DNA of 63,964 bases, filler included, from Reclinomonas americana ATCC 50394 (lineage: Eukaryota), in NCBI GenBank assembly GCA_048213135.1. It is 9 parts of 9 records of this genome, joined end to end, with 100 filler letters (N's around TTAATTAATTAA, not from the genome) between each part and the next. Parts side by side here need not be neighbours in the genome. Positions count along the whole stretch, not along the records: positions 12,473 to 17,399 come from AFZH01020277.1; positions 17,500 to 23,621 come from AFZH01020278.1; positions 23,722 to 47,174 come from AFZH01020279.1; 6 more parts are not named here. One strand, 5' to 3'. Position numbers and translations under genes: made by a program. Of the stretch, positions 15,798-27,580 are shown piece by piece. The notes under the pieces are model-generated. The model was not told the DNA's origin, made no database searches, and saw nothing but the letters and a program-made list of their open reading frames with translations. The stretch's first letter is position 1; each line of letters opens with the position of its first letter.

Positions 15798-17838
15798 TTA
15801 CTGGAACTTAACAGTGGCCTTGAGACGCAGCTCAGCCAAACCAACCAAATCATGCTCGCACATGGACAGGTCCACGGAGCGCAACAGAGGGCACGCCAAC
15901 AAGCCGGAGACATCATGCAAATTGGGGCATCCCTGCAGCATCAGCATCGTCAGCAAGTGGCCAGCAGCAAATGTTTGCGTGTAAGCAGATGATGGCACCT
16001 TCAAAACGACTTTTCTCAGCGTCTTGCACTTGCCAAATGGTTGGCAGTTCTCGATGAACGAGTTGGACGACACCACGACACCCTCCAACACCGGACAGCG
16101 ACCGACCGGCTCGAACGATTCGATCTTGCCGCAGTCGCTCAGGTTCAGTCTGCCACACGCATACATGATAAGTGAGAAGTTCTCCTATCCTTCTGTTATC
16201 ATGCTACACACCTTGTTAGCTTTGGCAGAGCCACCACAGCGGCAATGCTCACCAAATTGGAGCACTTGGAGACATTGATGCTCTCGAGCCGCACGCATCC
16301 ACTCAAAAAGTCGAGATCGACAATACTCTCAATGCTCGACATGTTGATGCTGACCAATCGTGGCAATTCGCGGAGCACCACAAAACTCTCGATTTGTCTG
16401 CACCCTCCAATGTTCAACTGCAAAAAATGGGCGATGTGAGTTCAGTCACGTGGTCGACCGGACTCCCCCACTCGTCTCACATACCCGCTTGATGGCCGTG
16501 CACTGACCGAGAGGCTCAATAGACCGGATCTGAGTGCAGCCGGACAAGTTGACTTTCTGCAGTGGGCACGCGGCCAACGCAGAAATGTCGTGCAGGTAGC
16601 GGCACATCTTCAGATTGAGGCGGAACAGATGCTTGCAGTTGCGCACAAAGTCAATACTGTCAATGTTGCGCGTGCGCTTGAGATTTAGTCGCTGCAGATT
16701 GGTGCACTCGGCCAGACTGCGCACGGTCGGCAGATGGGGGCAATTGGCTGTACAGAGGACAGACACACACACATGCTGTTAGTTCACGAGCGACCTCCCC
16801 GTTCCGTCCCCTCTCTCCTTCTCGACAACTCACCCAGAATCAAATGTCGCAACAGGGTGCACTTCTCCAACGGCGCCACCGACGTCAGTTGCACGCACGA
16901 GCGCAGGTCCAATCCGCGCAAGTTGACGCACGCCGCCAGCGGAGAGATATCCGGCACATTCACACACCAGCTCATGTTTAGCGATTTGAGGTTGGTGCAG
17001 CTCGCCAGTGGCGACACGTCGGTGATGTGTGGGCACTCGCTCAGCACGAGATACTTGAGGTTGACGCAGCCGGCCAGTCCCTGAATGTTGTCCAGCATCG
17101 CACACCCTCGCATATCGATTTCCTGCGCGGTGGGATGAGCGAACAGGAGAGAGAGAGAGGGAGAGAGAGAGAGAGCGCGCAACGCACCATGAGCTCCTCG
17201 CAGTTTCGCAGTGGTGTGACGTCGGTCAGCGCCATGCACTTGGACATGCGCAGCTTGCGGAGCTGTGTTAGACCCTCCATGCCGGCGAGCGACACCAGCG
17301 TCGTGCAGCCACTAATGTCCACCGAGCGCAGCGACCTGGCAGTCTCCAGCGCACTGATGCTGGTCAGCATCGGGCAGCCAGACACCGATAGCTGTGTCGN
17401 NNNNNNNNNNNNNNNNNNNNNNNNNNNNNNNNNNNNNNNNNNNTTAATTAATTAANNNNNNNNNNNNNNNNNNNNNNNNNNNNNNNNNNNNNNNNNNNNA
17501 CGAATGTCACTTGAGACAAAAATCCATCCCAACAACTCACACACGCTCACACTGCTGGCGTCATGTACAACAGCATGAACGTGGCGCTTCACCGCACAAA
17601 CCACCCATGTACAAGAGGGAGAGATATATCGCACACACAATACCCTCTACCGCCGACAATCATTGCTTTGTGTGTGTGTGTGTGTTGTGTGCGTGTGTGA
17701 ACGGCTTGGTGACCATCTCGCGCCCCGCGCCTGTCTCTTCGCACCACCCTTCACTTTTTCTCTCCCTCTCCCACACGCAACTCGCTTGGCCAGAATCTTC
17801 TTTGCCGAGCGCTGAGCCTTTGACGAGGAAGATCCCAT
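15798..17838 (-). CDS. Cys-containing leucine-rich repeat protein with N-myristoylation motif, possibly F-box/LRR; spans a gap
   Basis: Many LxxLxLSxCxxIxDVSPLxxC repeats (15798-17399). Likely first exon MGSSSSKAQRSAKKILAKR starts at 17838. Confidence 0.78.
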
Positions 17839-18040
17839 ATCACGCTCACCAACAAAATCGGGTCGATAAACAGGGTGAATTTGTCGCAAATTGAAAGAGA
17901 CAGCATGCTTCGAGTTTTCCTGAATTTGTGTTTTTAATGCACCACCACAAGCACGCACGAAGAGAGACGGAGGAGATTATCACGACGATCAAGGCACAAC
18001 AGTGCGCCGGTCGACCGAGAAAACGCACCAACCATCAGGC

Positions 18041-19800
18041 TTATGCAGTCTTGCCCTTCTTCTTCTTCTGCAGCTTGCGCTCGTAGAACTCGAGCTCAGC
18101 TCCCTCGAGGATGTAGCCGTCGGCACGACCGCACTGGCCGGGGCGCGAGGAGATGGCAGCGTACAAGCGGCCGCTGACAAACTGCTCCTGCACCTTCGGG
18201 TCGATCACGCGGTTCGCCTGGCGATCAGCCACTCTGTGCACACAATCGCCGAGCGAGTGAGTCACACCGCACTCGCATGCGCACTTTCCCCACTCTCACA
18301 GTCGTCATGAGACGAGACACACAAAAAATCAGAAACTTAGTACGATAGTGACTTCATCGGGTGCAAGCACCCTGCACTGTTAAAAAAGTTCTCATCACGC
18401 ATTGCAGAAGGGCACTACACACCGACACCCACGGACATGCACTTCCCATCTCTTCCTCCTTCACCACCACCACCACAACCACCATCCCCACTAACCGCTT
18501 CTTGGCCTCAGCCGAGTTCTTGACAGTCCAGTCGGTCTCACCCTCCTTCTTCTTGCCGAGCACAATTCCGTAGTGCTTCTCGTACCACTGGCGGAATGGT
18601 GTGGCGTCGATCTGCACAATGCAGCCCTTCACCAGGGTCTTGGTGCGGACGAGCTCATTGTCTGTGGCGTTGTACTTCACAGCGAGGATCCTGCTCTTGG
18701 AGGTGGTGCCTGGAACAACAACAACAACAATGAGCATCTCCCTTCGACGAGAGATTGCAACAACAGCAATGACGCACTCTCAGACGGCCAGGCAAAGTTG
18801 CCGACTTCGAGGCGCAGCGCGCGGTACTTGGTCGAACCGCCACGAGTGCGGACCTGCCGGGCGACAGATAACAATAACATCGTGAGCTACGTCTGCCTGC
18901 CACCCAGAGCTGTAGATACCAAACAAACAAACAAACCGTGTGGATGCGCTTGTGGCCAATCTTGGTCATGGCAGCCGGGCGGCCCAGCTCGTACTTGCGC
19001 TTCTTCTGGTGAATCTGGAGAGCGAAACCACAGCACGGAAGTCAGTCAGTCATCCGCCAGCAGCGCCACCACTACCACCACCACCACTGCACCAACCTTG
19101 CGCTTTCCGCCGGTCAATCGGCGCTTGTAGCGGGAGGCACGGCTGATGCCTGCATGAGGAAGAAGAAAAAAGAAAGGACGTGAGTGTCACTACCACCAAG
19201 CAGACATGACACGCACACCATCCACTCTGCCCTCCTCATCACAACGGGAACACGTCTTCTGCAGCTGCGTCTCTTGCTGTCCTCTCACTGCATGACGGCG
19301 TGCGAGTGTGTGGCGCAGTGTGCGAGTGGGGGAAAAGGGAGTGGGCATGTCACTCGCTCATCGTCGCCTCCACTCCCGCGAGACGCGACTCACAAACAGC
19401 TGCTCGGTGCTCCTTCTCTCTCTCTCTCTCTCCCTCACTCACATATACGCACACACAAACACAGCAGTGCTCTCTTTCCACACTATAGAGAACACAAAAT
19501 CCCCTGCCAAAGTCACACATGGAAAAGAGAAAGGCCACTCGTTCCCCCGCCACACACACATCCTGCATTGGGCGCACAGCACACGCGGATGCCATCGCAC
19601 AAAAGCGGGGCGCAGCAAGGGGGAGGCGGCGACAAACACAGGCACATGCACATTCGTGACATGACCATGGACACCACGCACACGCACGCGCACATACACT
19701 CACTCTCCCCCGTCCACCTCTCTACCCCACTGGGCTGCGATGACAGACACGGCGACGCGGCCGCAGTGACCATTCTCTGTGGCGATTTCGACTTACCCAT
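18041..19800 (-). CDS. RPS8: 40S ribosomal protein S8 (eS8), 6 coding exons; exon 1 codes only ATGG
   Basis: ATGG|GTAAGT at 19800-19791, then [19 protein letters not shown]...[15 protein letters not shown]...[22 protein letters not shown]. Confidence 0.97.
18325..18402 (-). ncRNA. Candidate intronic box C/D snoRNA in the last RPS8 intron
   Basis: Box C GTGATGA (18398-18392) and box D CTGA (18332-18329). The 12 nt before box D (18345-18334) are complementary to LSU rRNA AACUUAGUACGA. Host intron (18234-18495, 262 nt) is about three times the usual length. Confidence 0.75.
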
Positions 19801-19879
19801 TCTCTTGTGTGCAGTGGTGGGATGGATGTATGGGACAATCGTGCGTCACCCGTGGTGGACAAACAGTCCATCAACGGCA

Positions 19880-20631
19880 ATGGCTGCACGCCCTGCGCCC
19901 CCCGCTGGTCGTCAGGACCCTGCCAAACTGCTGGCCAGGTTACCCAAGCGCGAGTTTGTGCGCGTCAAAGTGCTCTCTGTGGGCGATGGGGCCGTGGGCA
20001 AGAGCTGTCTGATCAAGCGCTACTGTGAGGAAAGAGTTGCGGCTCACACACACGCACTCACGCACGCTCGCGTCACTCTCCTCGCGCTCCCCGCTCACCT
20101 CCACAATGTGATCAGTTTGTGGCCAAGTACGTGCCGACCATTGGCGTCGACTATGGCGTGAAGGCGTTGGATGTGGTCGGACAGGAGGTTCGCGTGAACT
20201 TTTGGGATCTGAGCGGCCGCGCCGAGTACTTTGAGGTGCGCAACGAGTTCTACAAGGACACACAAGCAGTTGCGTTATCATGTGCGATCGCGCTGTGTTG
20301 AGCGGGGAGCGTGGACGTTGACACATAAGCGCAGGTGATCTTTGTGTACGAGGTCGGCAAGAGAGCCACGTTTGAGGCCCTGGACGGGTGGCTGGAGGAG
20401 GCGACCAAGTACGGTCTGGCCGACACAGCGGTGGTGGCCGTGGTGGCCAACAAGACCGATCTGCACAAGGGCGGAGGCTCGAAGCCACGCGCTGTCTCCG
20501 AGGACGAGGGTCGCTCGTGGGCCACGCAGCACGGCTTCTCGTACTACGAGACGTCGGCGAATAGTGGCGAGGGAGTGACGGAGCTGTTTGAGGGACTGCT
20601 CGGCGTGCTCATGCGTGGACGTAACTCATGA
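19880..20631 (+). CDS. RJL: RJL-family (DNAJC27 GTPase-domain-like) Ras-related GTPase without J domain
   Basis: GDGAVGKSCLIKRYCEERFVAKYVPTIGVDYG, FWDLSG, EVRNEFYKD, ANKTD, YETSA; no CAAX motif. Introns at 20036-20115 and 20269-20334. Confidence 0.9.
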
Positions 20632-20666
20632 AAAAACAATTAAAAAAGTCCTGTTTGTGTACAATC

Positions 20667-22432
20667 ATGGATCGGAGAGTGGTGCTTCTCTTGTTTGCGG
20701 CTGTTGTGGCTCTCTGCGCAGTGGCGCATGCGCATCCGGTTCGTCTTCTCTTTCTCTCACTCTCTGTGGCCACTCTTGACACACTCACGCGGTTGTTTGC
20801 AGACACTGCGGGGGTCGTGGATGGACTCGCTCGACAGCGACCTGCACTTTTCTGCCTCGCGTCTCCACCGCCAGTGGGACGAGGAGATTGTGCGGTCGGG
20901 GCGGCGACTGCGCACTCCCTCGGTGAGCACCCCAAAGCAGGTGGTGCCGGCGGCCAATCTGCCTCCGCTGGTCGCCGACACCATTCAGCCCTCGAACAAC
21001 TGCGTGGCCATTCATTACAGTCCGCTGATGGGACGTCTGTTTATGGGCTGGCGCAGTGCACCGTCGGTGCGTTTGCGCAAAGAGGGCAGGGTGCGTGATG
21101 CATTATGAGAGTCTGATGAATTTCTCCGCCAGCACTTTGCCTCCAGCAAGACCGACATGTGGATCATTAGCTCGCCCAACAACGGCACCACGTGGGACCT
21201 GGAGCATCACATTCATCTCGGGTCTGACGTGCGCGAACCGGTGCGTGTTAATGTGACGCGGGGGAACCTGTCGACGATGAATTCATTGTATTGCATTGGT
21301 GTGCAGTTCTTCTTGGAGCTCGCCGGGCGTTTCGTGTTCAGCTTCTTCGAGGCCGGCACCGATCCACTCGGTTTCACCCCACACAAGCTGTACCGCATCT
21401 ATCGGCACGGCCTCGGCCAGTGGGACAACCCGCCGCAGGAGTGGGGTCACCCGACAGAAATCGTGTGGCAGATTGGTGCGCGCTCCTTCTCCTCCTCCTC
21501 CTCCTCCTCCTGCTCCTTCACGCACACTCGCTCATGTGCACGTGTATGTAATGCAGGAACGCACACGTTTGCCAATGGCACCACCGCGGCCTTTGCGTCC
21601 TCGTACTCGGGCGATCATTACTCGCCGAAAGAGGCGCGCGTTAATGTGTTCCTCAACGTGTCGACCGATGCCGTGAACTGGGTGAGTTCATCCGTCGTCA
21701 TCACCATCGTTGCGTCGTTGTGCCTCACACCTCCACCACAGTACCCGTACAATGGCGACACGGGCATCATGTACAACGGTGGCGTGTCGGAGGTCGGCCA
21801 CGAGTTCGACTTGAACGACGGATGGTGGGGTGTGCTGCGCAACGAGGACGGAGATGAGTCGCGCTGGGGCTCGCGCATCGCCTACATGCCAGCCAACGGA
21901 CCGAAGAAGTGGCAGCTGTTCCCGAGCGCCCTTTCCGATCCGTGGATCTACGAGAGCCCACGCATGTTCCGCCACGGCGACGACTTGTATCTGGTGGCAC
22001 GGCGCGATATCGACGGGCCGTACGACTGGGTGCGTGGCAAGCCCGAGGCCGACCTCGGCTACGACGTGCAAAAGGGCCTCATTATGGGCAGCTACTCGCT
22101 GCGACCGCACACCACCTCGCTGTGGCGCATCAACCAGGACACCAAGTCGCTGATTCTCGTCACCGATCTGTGGGGCTGCGGCGACACTGCATTCCCCAGC
22201 ATCGTACGTCTCGGACCGCACAAGTACATGAGTTGCGCGCACACGCCAAGTGGTTCTCTTGCTGCACTTGAGTTGTCTCATGATGATCACTCCATCCGGC
22301 TATGCAGTCGCCAATTATTCCTCGCCCTTCCCGTGCGACTGGAGCTGGCTGCACGGCCAGACGTCGGAGAAAGGCACGCAGATCTCCACGGTGATTGTGG
22401 ACTTTGAGGACCCCGCCTCGCACTCCGCCTGA
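20667..22432 (+). CDS. Secreted Asp-box/BNR beta-propeller (sialidase-like) protein
   Basis: Signal peptide MDRRVVLLLFAAVVALCAVAHA; Asp-box-like SSPNNGTTW and STDAVNW; GDTAFPSIV near the C-terminus; 7 exons. Confidence 0.65.
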
Positions 22433-22520
22433 GAAGCAAGCGCAGCATATGTTGTCGGAGTTTAAGTCAACAAAGCAATCGATTTTGTTTTATTCCTTTG
22501 TGCGAGAGGGAGAGAGAGAG

Positions 22521-23615
22521 ATGGGAAGCAGCAGCAGTGCCGCCGGCTCTCCTTCCGCCTCCGCTGCAGTGCGCACCCTCACGCGACCGACGTACAGCAC
22601 CGCAGGCGCGCTCTATCAGAACGTGGTGTGCGCTCGCTCATACATGCGCGAGACGCAATTCGAGCCCGTCGACACCGATCTCTCCGGCCGCGTGTACGTG
22701 GTCACCGGAGGCTCGCGAGGCATCGGGCGGTGCGTGGTCGAGTCCCTCGCCCGCCTCAACGCCACCGTGCACGTGCTGTCGCGCAGTCGCGACACCATGG
22801 AGGCCCTGGCCGCGCAGTTCTCCGACGGTCGCGTTGTGCCGCACGAGTGCGATGTGTCGGATGTGTCGAGCCTGCGCCGCTTTGCCGACGAGTTTGTGCG
22901 TGACGGACACGCGTGCGATGGATTGGTGAACAATGCCGGTGCGCTGGCGACCAAGCTGGAGGTGAATGCCGACGGGAGTGCCGAGGTGACAATCGCGGCT
23001 CACTTGGTCGGTCCGTACGCGCTGACGGCGATGCTGGCACCGGCGTTGGCGGCTCGGCGTGGACGAGTGGTGATGGTGTCCTCGGCGGGCCTCTACAACG
23101 GCAAGCTCTGCAACGACTACGTGATGCACTCGGCCGAGCAGGCGGCCGAGGGCTTCAGCGGTCTCATGGCGTACGTGCAGGCCAAGCGCGCCCAGTTGCA
23201 CGTGGCGGAGCGCATGGCCGAGGAGCTGCGGCCGGCCGGCGTGCTGGTCGCGGCCATGCACCCGGGTTGGGTCAAGAGCGACGGGTTGCAGCCGTTGGCC
23301 GAGAGCAGCGGCTTTTACAAGCGGCTGATTGAGAGGTTCCGCTCGGTGGAGTCCGGCGCCGACACCATTCTGTGGATGCTGACCACCGACACTCCCCTGA
23401 CCGCCGGCGGCTTTTACTTTGAGCGGTGCGATGTCCTTACTCTTCCTGCCTGTTGTTGGGTGATGCTCATTCCGATCGCACGCAGAGCCGAGGTCCGCAA
23501 GCACGCCCCCATGGCGCGCACCAAGGCCAGCGAGGCCGAAGTCGACGAACTGTGGCAATGGATACAGGAGAGCACGGGCGTGCCGTGCACGTGCCCCCCA
23601 CAAGCCGCCTTGTAA
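22521..23615 (+). CDS. Short-chain dehydrogenase/reductase, DHRS12-like, with MGSSSS myristoylation motif
   Basis: VTGGSRGIG, LVNNAG, VSSAG, catalytic YVQAK, MHPGWV; one intron near 23426. Confidence 0.88.
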   Translation: MGSSSSAAGSPSASAAVRTLTRPTYSTAGALYQNVVCARSYMRETQFEPVDTDLSGRVYVVTGGSRGIGRCVVESLARLNATVHVLSRSRDTMEALAAQFSDGRVVPHECDVSDVSSLRRFADEFVRDGHACDGLVNNAGALATKLEVNADGSAEVTIAAHLVGPYALTAMLAPALAARRGRVVMVSSAGLYNGKLCNDYVMHSAEQAAEGFSGLMAYVQAKRAQLHVAERMAEELRPAGVLVAAMHPGWVKSDGLQPLAESSGFYKRLIERFRSVESGADTILWMLTTDTPLTAGGFYFERCDVLTLPACCWVMLIPIARRAEVRKHAPMARTKASEAEVDELWQWIQESTGVPCTCPPQAAL

Positions 23616-23721
23616 AATAGANNNNNNNNNNNNNNNNNNNNNNNNNNNNNNNNNNNNNNNNNNNNTTAATTAATTAANNNNNNNNNNNNNNNNNNNNNNN
23701 NNNNNNNNNNNNNNNNNNNNN

Positions 23722-24227
23722 ACCGATGAGTGAGCAGGAGAGAGACGCATGAGCGCATGCAGCGGAGAAACAGAACACACTACTGACCTCGTCATTCTCC
23801 GCCGCCGACGACGACGACGGTGCCTCCTGTGCACGCGCAGTGAGCAATCCATTGACACAGATCCACATGTTCTCTCCATGGCCACTCACCGTCTTGGTGC
23901 GCCTCTGCTCATGCTCCGCCAGCAGCTCTTGTGCCTTTTTATCATCACACTCATGTTATTCTCCGCACTGCGCCGCCTCAACACACACCGACGCCCCCAC
24001 TCACCCTCGCGGTCTTGCGCGCCTCCTCGCGCTCCTGCCGCCGCTGCATGCGCTCGCGTCCCTGCTCCACACTCGCCGTCGGACCAATGCCCAGCGACCC
24101 CGCAATCAATCGTCTCGCCACCACACGCTGCTCATCGTCACCTGCACAGGAAACACACACACACACACACTGCTGTCAGGCACACGAAACAGAGACATGA
24201 GGCGCACAACGACGCGCAACGTTGCAT
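23722..24227 (-). CDS. Small coiled-coil protein resembling the C-terminus of R3HCC1-like proteins; 3' end in gap
   Basis: ATGCAAC|GTTGCG, then RDDEQRVVARRLIAGSLGIG...RQEREEARKTAR, AQELLAEHEQRRTKT, EAPSSSSAAENDE, joined in frame by GT-AG introns. Confidence 0.5.
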
Positions 24228-24298
24228 CGATTGTTTTTTCGCGCGCGATTTGTTGCGCGAGTCGGTGTCGTTTTCTGTACACAATTCATCAAAACACG

Positions 24299-26340
24299 AT
24301 GCCGCGCGGCGGTCGTCAAGCCCGTCGCGAGTACTACGATGGTGAGGGTGTCGGAGATGGAGAGGTGTCGGCGGCCGCGGAAGGCTCGCGTGGTCCACGC
24401 GGCGGACGCCATCATCATCAGTCTCGCAAGGCAGATGCGGGGATTCCCGAGTCGCGATCGCGCAAGAACAGTGGTGGCAATGGTGCGCGCGATCGCCGCC
24501 GCTCTCAGCGTGCCTTCCAGCTGTCGTACACGGCCGGTGTGGTGCAACAGATCAGCGAGACTGAGTTGCGTCGCGAAAAACCAAATCTGGCTCCCTCTCT
24601 TTTGTGACCACTCTCTCTCTCTCTCTTTCTCGCTTCTCGGTGATCCACACCGTGCTTTGATCGTTCCTGTGCTCCGCCTCTCTCCTCCACTGTCGTCATC
24701 GCCTTTATATCATCATCGATTGTCGCGACTGATGCACCGTCTCCCTCCTCTTTCCGTCAACGATTCTTGTCGGTTTTGTGTCTTGCTGTTGCACTCTTTT
24801 CCATCTCCGAGAGCACATCTCGGTGCGTGAGCGAGCGGGTTTGTTTGGTGGTGTGGCGGAGTTGTGAACGCGCGCGCGCGCGCGATCGCCCGCCAAACCC
24901 CAACTCACACTCCATCATGCCCCGAAATGCACTTGCTCTGGGTTTGCCACGCTCGCCCAAGAGAGCAGCAGTTGGAGGCGATTTGGGCGATCTCACTCCT
25001 TTGCTGCGCGCAGTTGGCTCGTCCCCAGCGAGTCGCTTCCGGGAGTGCTCTACACCATCTCGCTGGCGTCGCTCGCAGCGTCGGGTGTGGTCTCCGGCCA
25101 CGCCCGATGCTCGTGCCCTGCCTACGAAGCGAGTTCGCGCCACCCGTGTAAGCACATTCAGGCACTGTGCAGCCTGGTACGTCTGTGCGAGGAGGCGGGG
25201 GGGAGTCTCTTTTTTTTAACCTCACACTGATGCACACGCCAGTTGGTGGAACTGGAGGCGCCGATCATGGATGGTGTGCGACGGGGTCGTGCGGCGAGTC
25301 GCCGACAGCGGCTATACCGTGCCGAGGGGCCGCCAGTGAGCAGCGCGGTGTCCGGCTCGTCGTCGTCGTCTTCGAGTTCGTCGACGGCTTCGCGTCGTGC
25401 GGCGGCCGTGGTATCCCTGGCCGCGCAGATGCGAGCACTGGCTGTCGATGGTGAGTGATCCGAGAGAGAGGGTGTATGGCCGGTGCGTTGCGTTGCATTT
25501 AACTGACGCGAATGACGACACAGTGGACGAGGATCAGTGGGGCGACATGGACTATGTGGAGAGTCTCATGCTCGACTACAATGACGACGACGACGAGCCG
25601 GCGGTGGACTATGTGGAGCAGCGGCGTCGTGAGTACCACCAGCAGTTGGTGGATCGGATGCCAGAGTGGTGCGTCGGGCACGTGTGCGCGTACGCCGTGT
25701 GCTCCACGTGGCTGACTCTTTACTTATTTTTGTGCAGGTCTCCCGAGTTCAAGAGCGAGGACGAACCGTGCTCCATTTGCCACGAACCACTATCGTCGGC
25801 CTCGGCGGTGGTGCTGCCGTGCACGCACGTGTTGCACCGCGAGTGCATGAGCATGTTGCGTTGCCGTGTGAGGACCTATCTTCTTTTTTGTATTCTGTTG
25901 AGAGTGTTGACAATCGGAATAGGTGGCTGGCGACGCTGACGGCTCGCACGTGCCCACTGTGCCGCACATTTGTGGGCTCACCGGTGCACTGCTACGACGA
26001 CGCGCACCACGATCACGGCGGTGATGAAGCGGAAGAACTGCGCGATGTGTTGCGTGCGGTCGCCGAATTCGAGGCCGCCGAGGCTGTGCGGCATCGTGGG
26101 TCGGAGTCCTCGAGTGACGAGTACCCGATCACCATGCTGCCGCCGAGTCGCGCACGCAATCGTGAGCGCAAGCGCCAACGTCGCATGGAGCGCCGTGCAT
26201 GGGGAGGCGGTGACAGCCAAGCGGCTGCCGAAGTGAGTGATGGTGACGAGGGTGGTCCCAGTGGCGTGTTGGCCGCGGAGCGCGATGCCGTCGAGTGGCT
26301 GTCGCCACCGACTGGTGCCCCTGTGCCGTCGTCGCCCTGA
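24299..26340 (+). CDS. SWIM zinc finger plus RING-H2 protein, putative E3 ligase (ZSWIM2/MEKK1-like architecture)
   Basis: SWIM CSCPAYEASSRHPCKH (~25106-25156); RING CSICHEPL...LPCTHVLHRECMSMWL...TCPLCR; long first intron 24565-25013. Confidence 0.8.
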
Positions 26341-26605
26341 AAACACACACACACCCTCTCCCCCCTGTACAGTTTTTGTGCTGATTTTTCCCCCCTGTTC
26401 TCAGCAGCCTCACTCCTTACACTATTGTTGCTGCTGCCGCTGTACTTAGACCCTGTACATATGTGTGCATAGACTCCACCCCAACAAGAGAGAGAAAAAC
26501 CTATCTAAACCCCACAAAAAACACCTTGTCTACCCCTGCTGTCTGTCGTAATTAAATAACAACAAACATATACTGTTTTATCTGCCCTCGTTTCTGATCG
26601 AGTGC

Positions 26606-27461
26606 TCATGCTGGTGGCCGGAGAATGCCTAGCTCCTGCAACATTTCGCTAAACTCGCTCACCGTCGGCTCCTCGCCGACCTCGTCGGTGAGACGCAACA
26701 GTGTGTGCACGAGATCGCCCTCGCGATAGAACAGCAAGCCCGGCAGCGTCGACAGTTCAAACCCGTCGGGGAAGGCCTCCTCCACCGGCACCTCGGCAAA
26801 CTGGCACTCGCGATGCTGCGGCGCCATGGCATGAAACAGCCGCCTAAAGTACCGACACGCCGGCAACGCCTCCTCGTGCAAAAACAGCAACAGCGGCAGC
26901 TCCGACTGCTCCGGGTCCATGTAATCAAGCAGCGTGTCGCGCGAACACAGCGCCACCTTGCCACCCGACTCGTGTCGCCGCGCCTCCGCCTGCTCCCGCA
27001 TGTGCGCCTCCAGCGCCGCATGCAACTCCTCCTCGGTCACGTGCACCAGGCCCGAGTTGGCCTCCAGCAGACGCCGCCGCTCGCGCTCATAGTCGTTGAG
27101 GACGCCCTTGGGACCGGTCTGCTCAGTGCCGCGCACCTGCCGCTTGTGTCGCTGCGACGCGCTGGCTCGTTCCGGAAGCGGTCTCGTCTCCTGCGCAGCG
27201 ATCAACACGCACGCTTTCTTCCCCTCCCTCTCTCTGTTACACCCACACACTCACCTGTCGACTCCGCGCCAACTCCTCATCATCGGCGTCGCGTCCACGC
27301 CGATCAACCTCGCGCTCCACTCGCTCATCCTCTCGCTCTCCGTCCGACTCCACATCCTCCTCGTCCGGCCGCTCGTCCCGCTCCTGCGCACGCAGCTCAC
27401 TCGCACGCTGCTCCCGCAGCTCCGCCACCGCCTTGACTGTCAAGTCTTCCCCGTTGTACAT
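26606..27461 (-). CDS. Phosducin-like protein (PhLP1/PDCL subgroup); start codon uncertain
   Basis: Subgroup I motif TGPKGVLNDY followed by a thioredoxin-like domain (LLLFLHEEALPAC...LPGLLFYREGDLV). Confidence 0.8.
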
Positions 27462-27580
27462 TGGTGTGAAGGTCGGTGTGACAGACAGATTGTGTGTGCA
27501 GGACACATCGCTTGTGCACTGTCGGCGTGTGCGTGTGGATTTGCAAGCCCTTGGCATCCTCTGCAACAGAACTAGCAACA

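Noticed and set aside
19150..19225. Apparent non-canonical first intron of RPS8 using the ATG near 19221
   Set aside because: A perfect ATGG|GTAAGT exon at 19800 gives a canonical 647-nt intron in the correct phase.
19236..19242. Second box C (GTGATGA, minus strand) in RPS8 intron 1
   Set aside because: No CTGA box D or rRNA-complementary guide before the 3' splice site.
24565..25013. Possible H/ACA snoRNA in the long first intron of the SWIM-RING gene
   Set aside because: Hairpins are present, but I could not find a convincing hairpin-H-hairpin-ACA layout.
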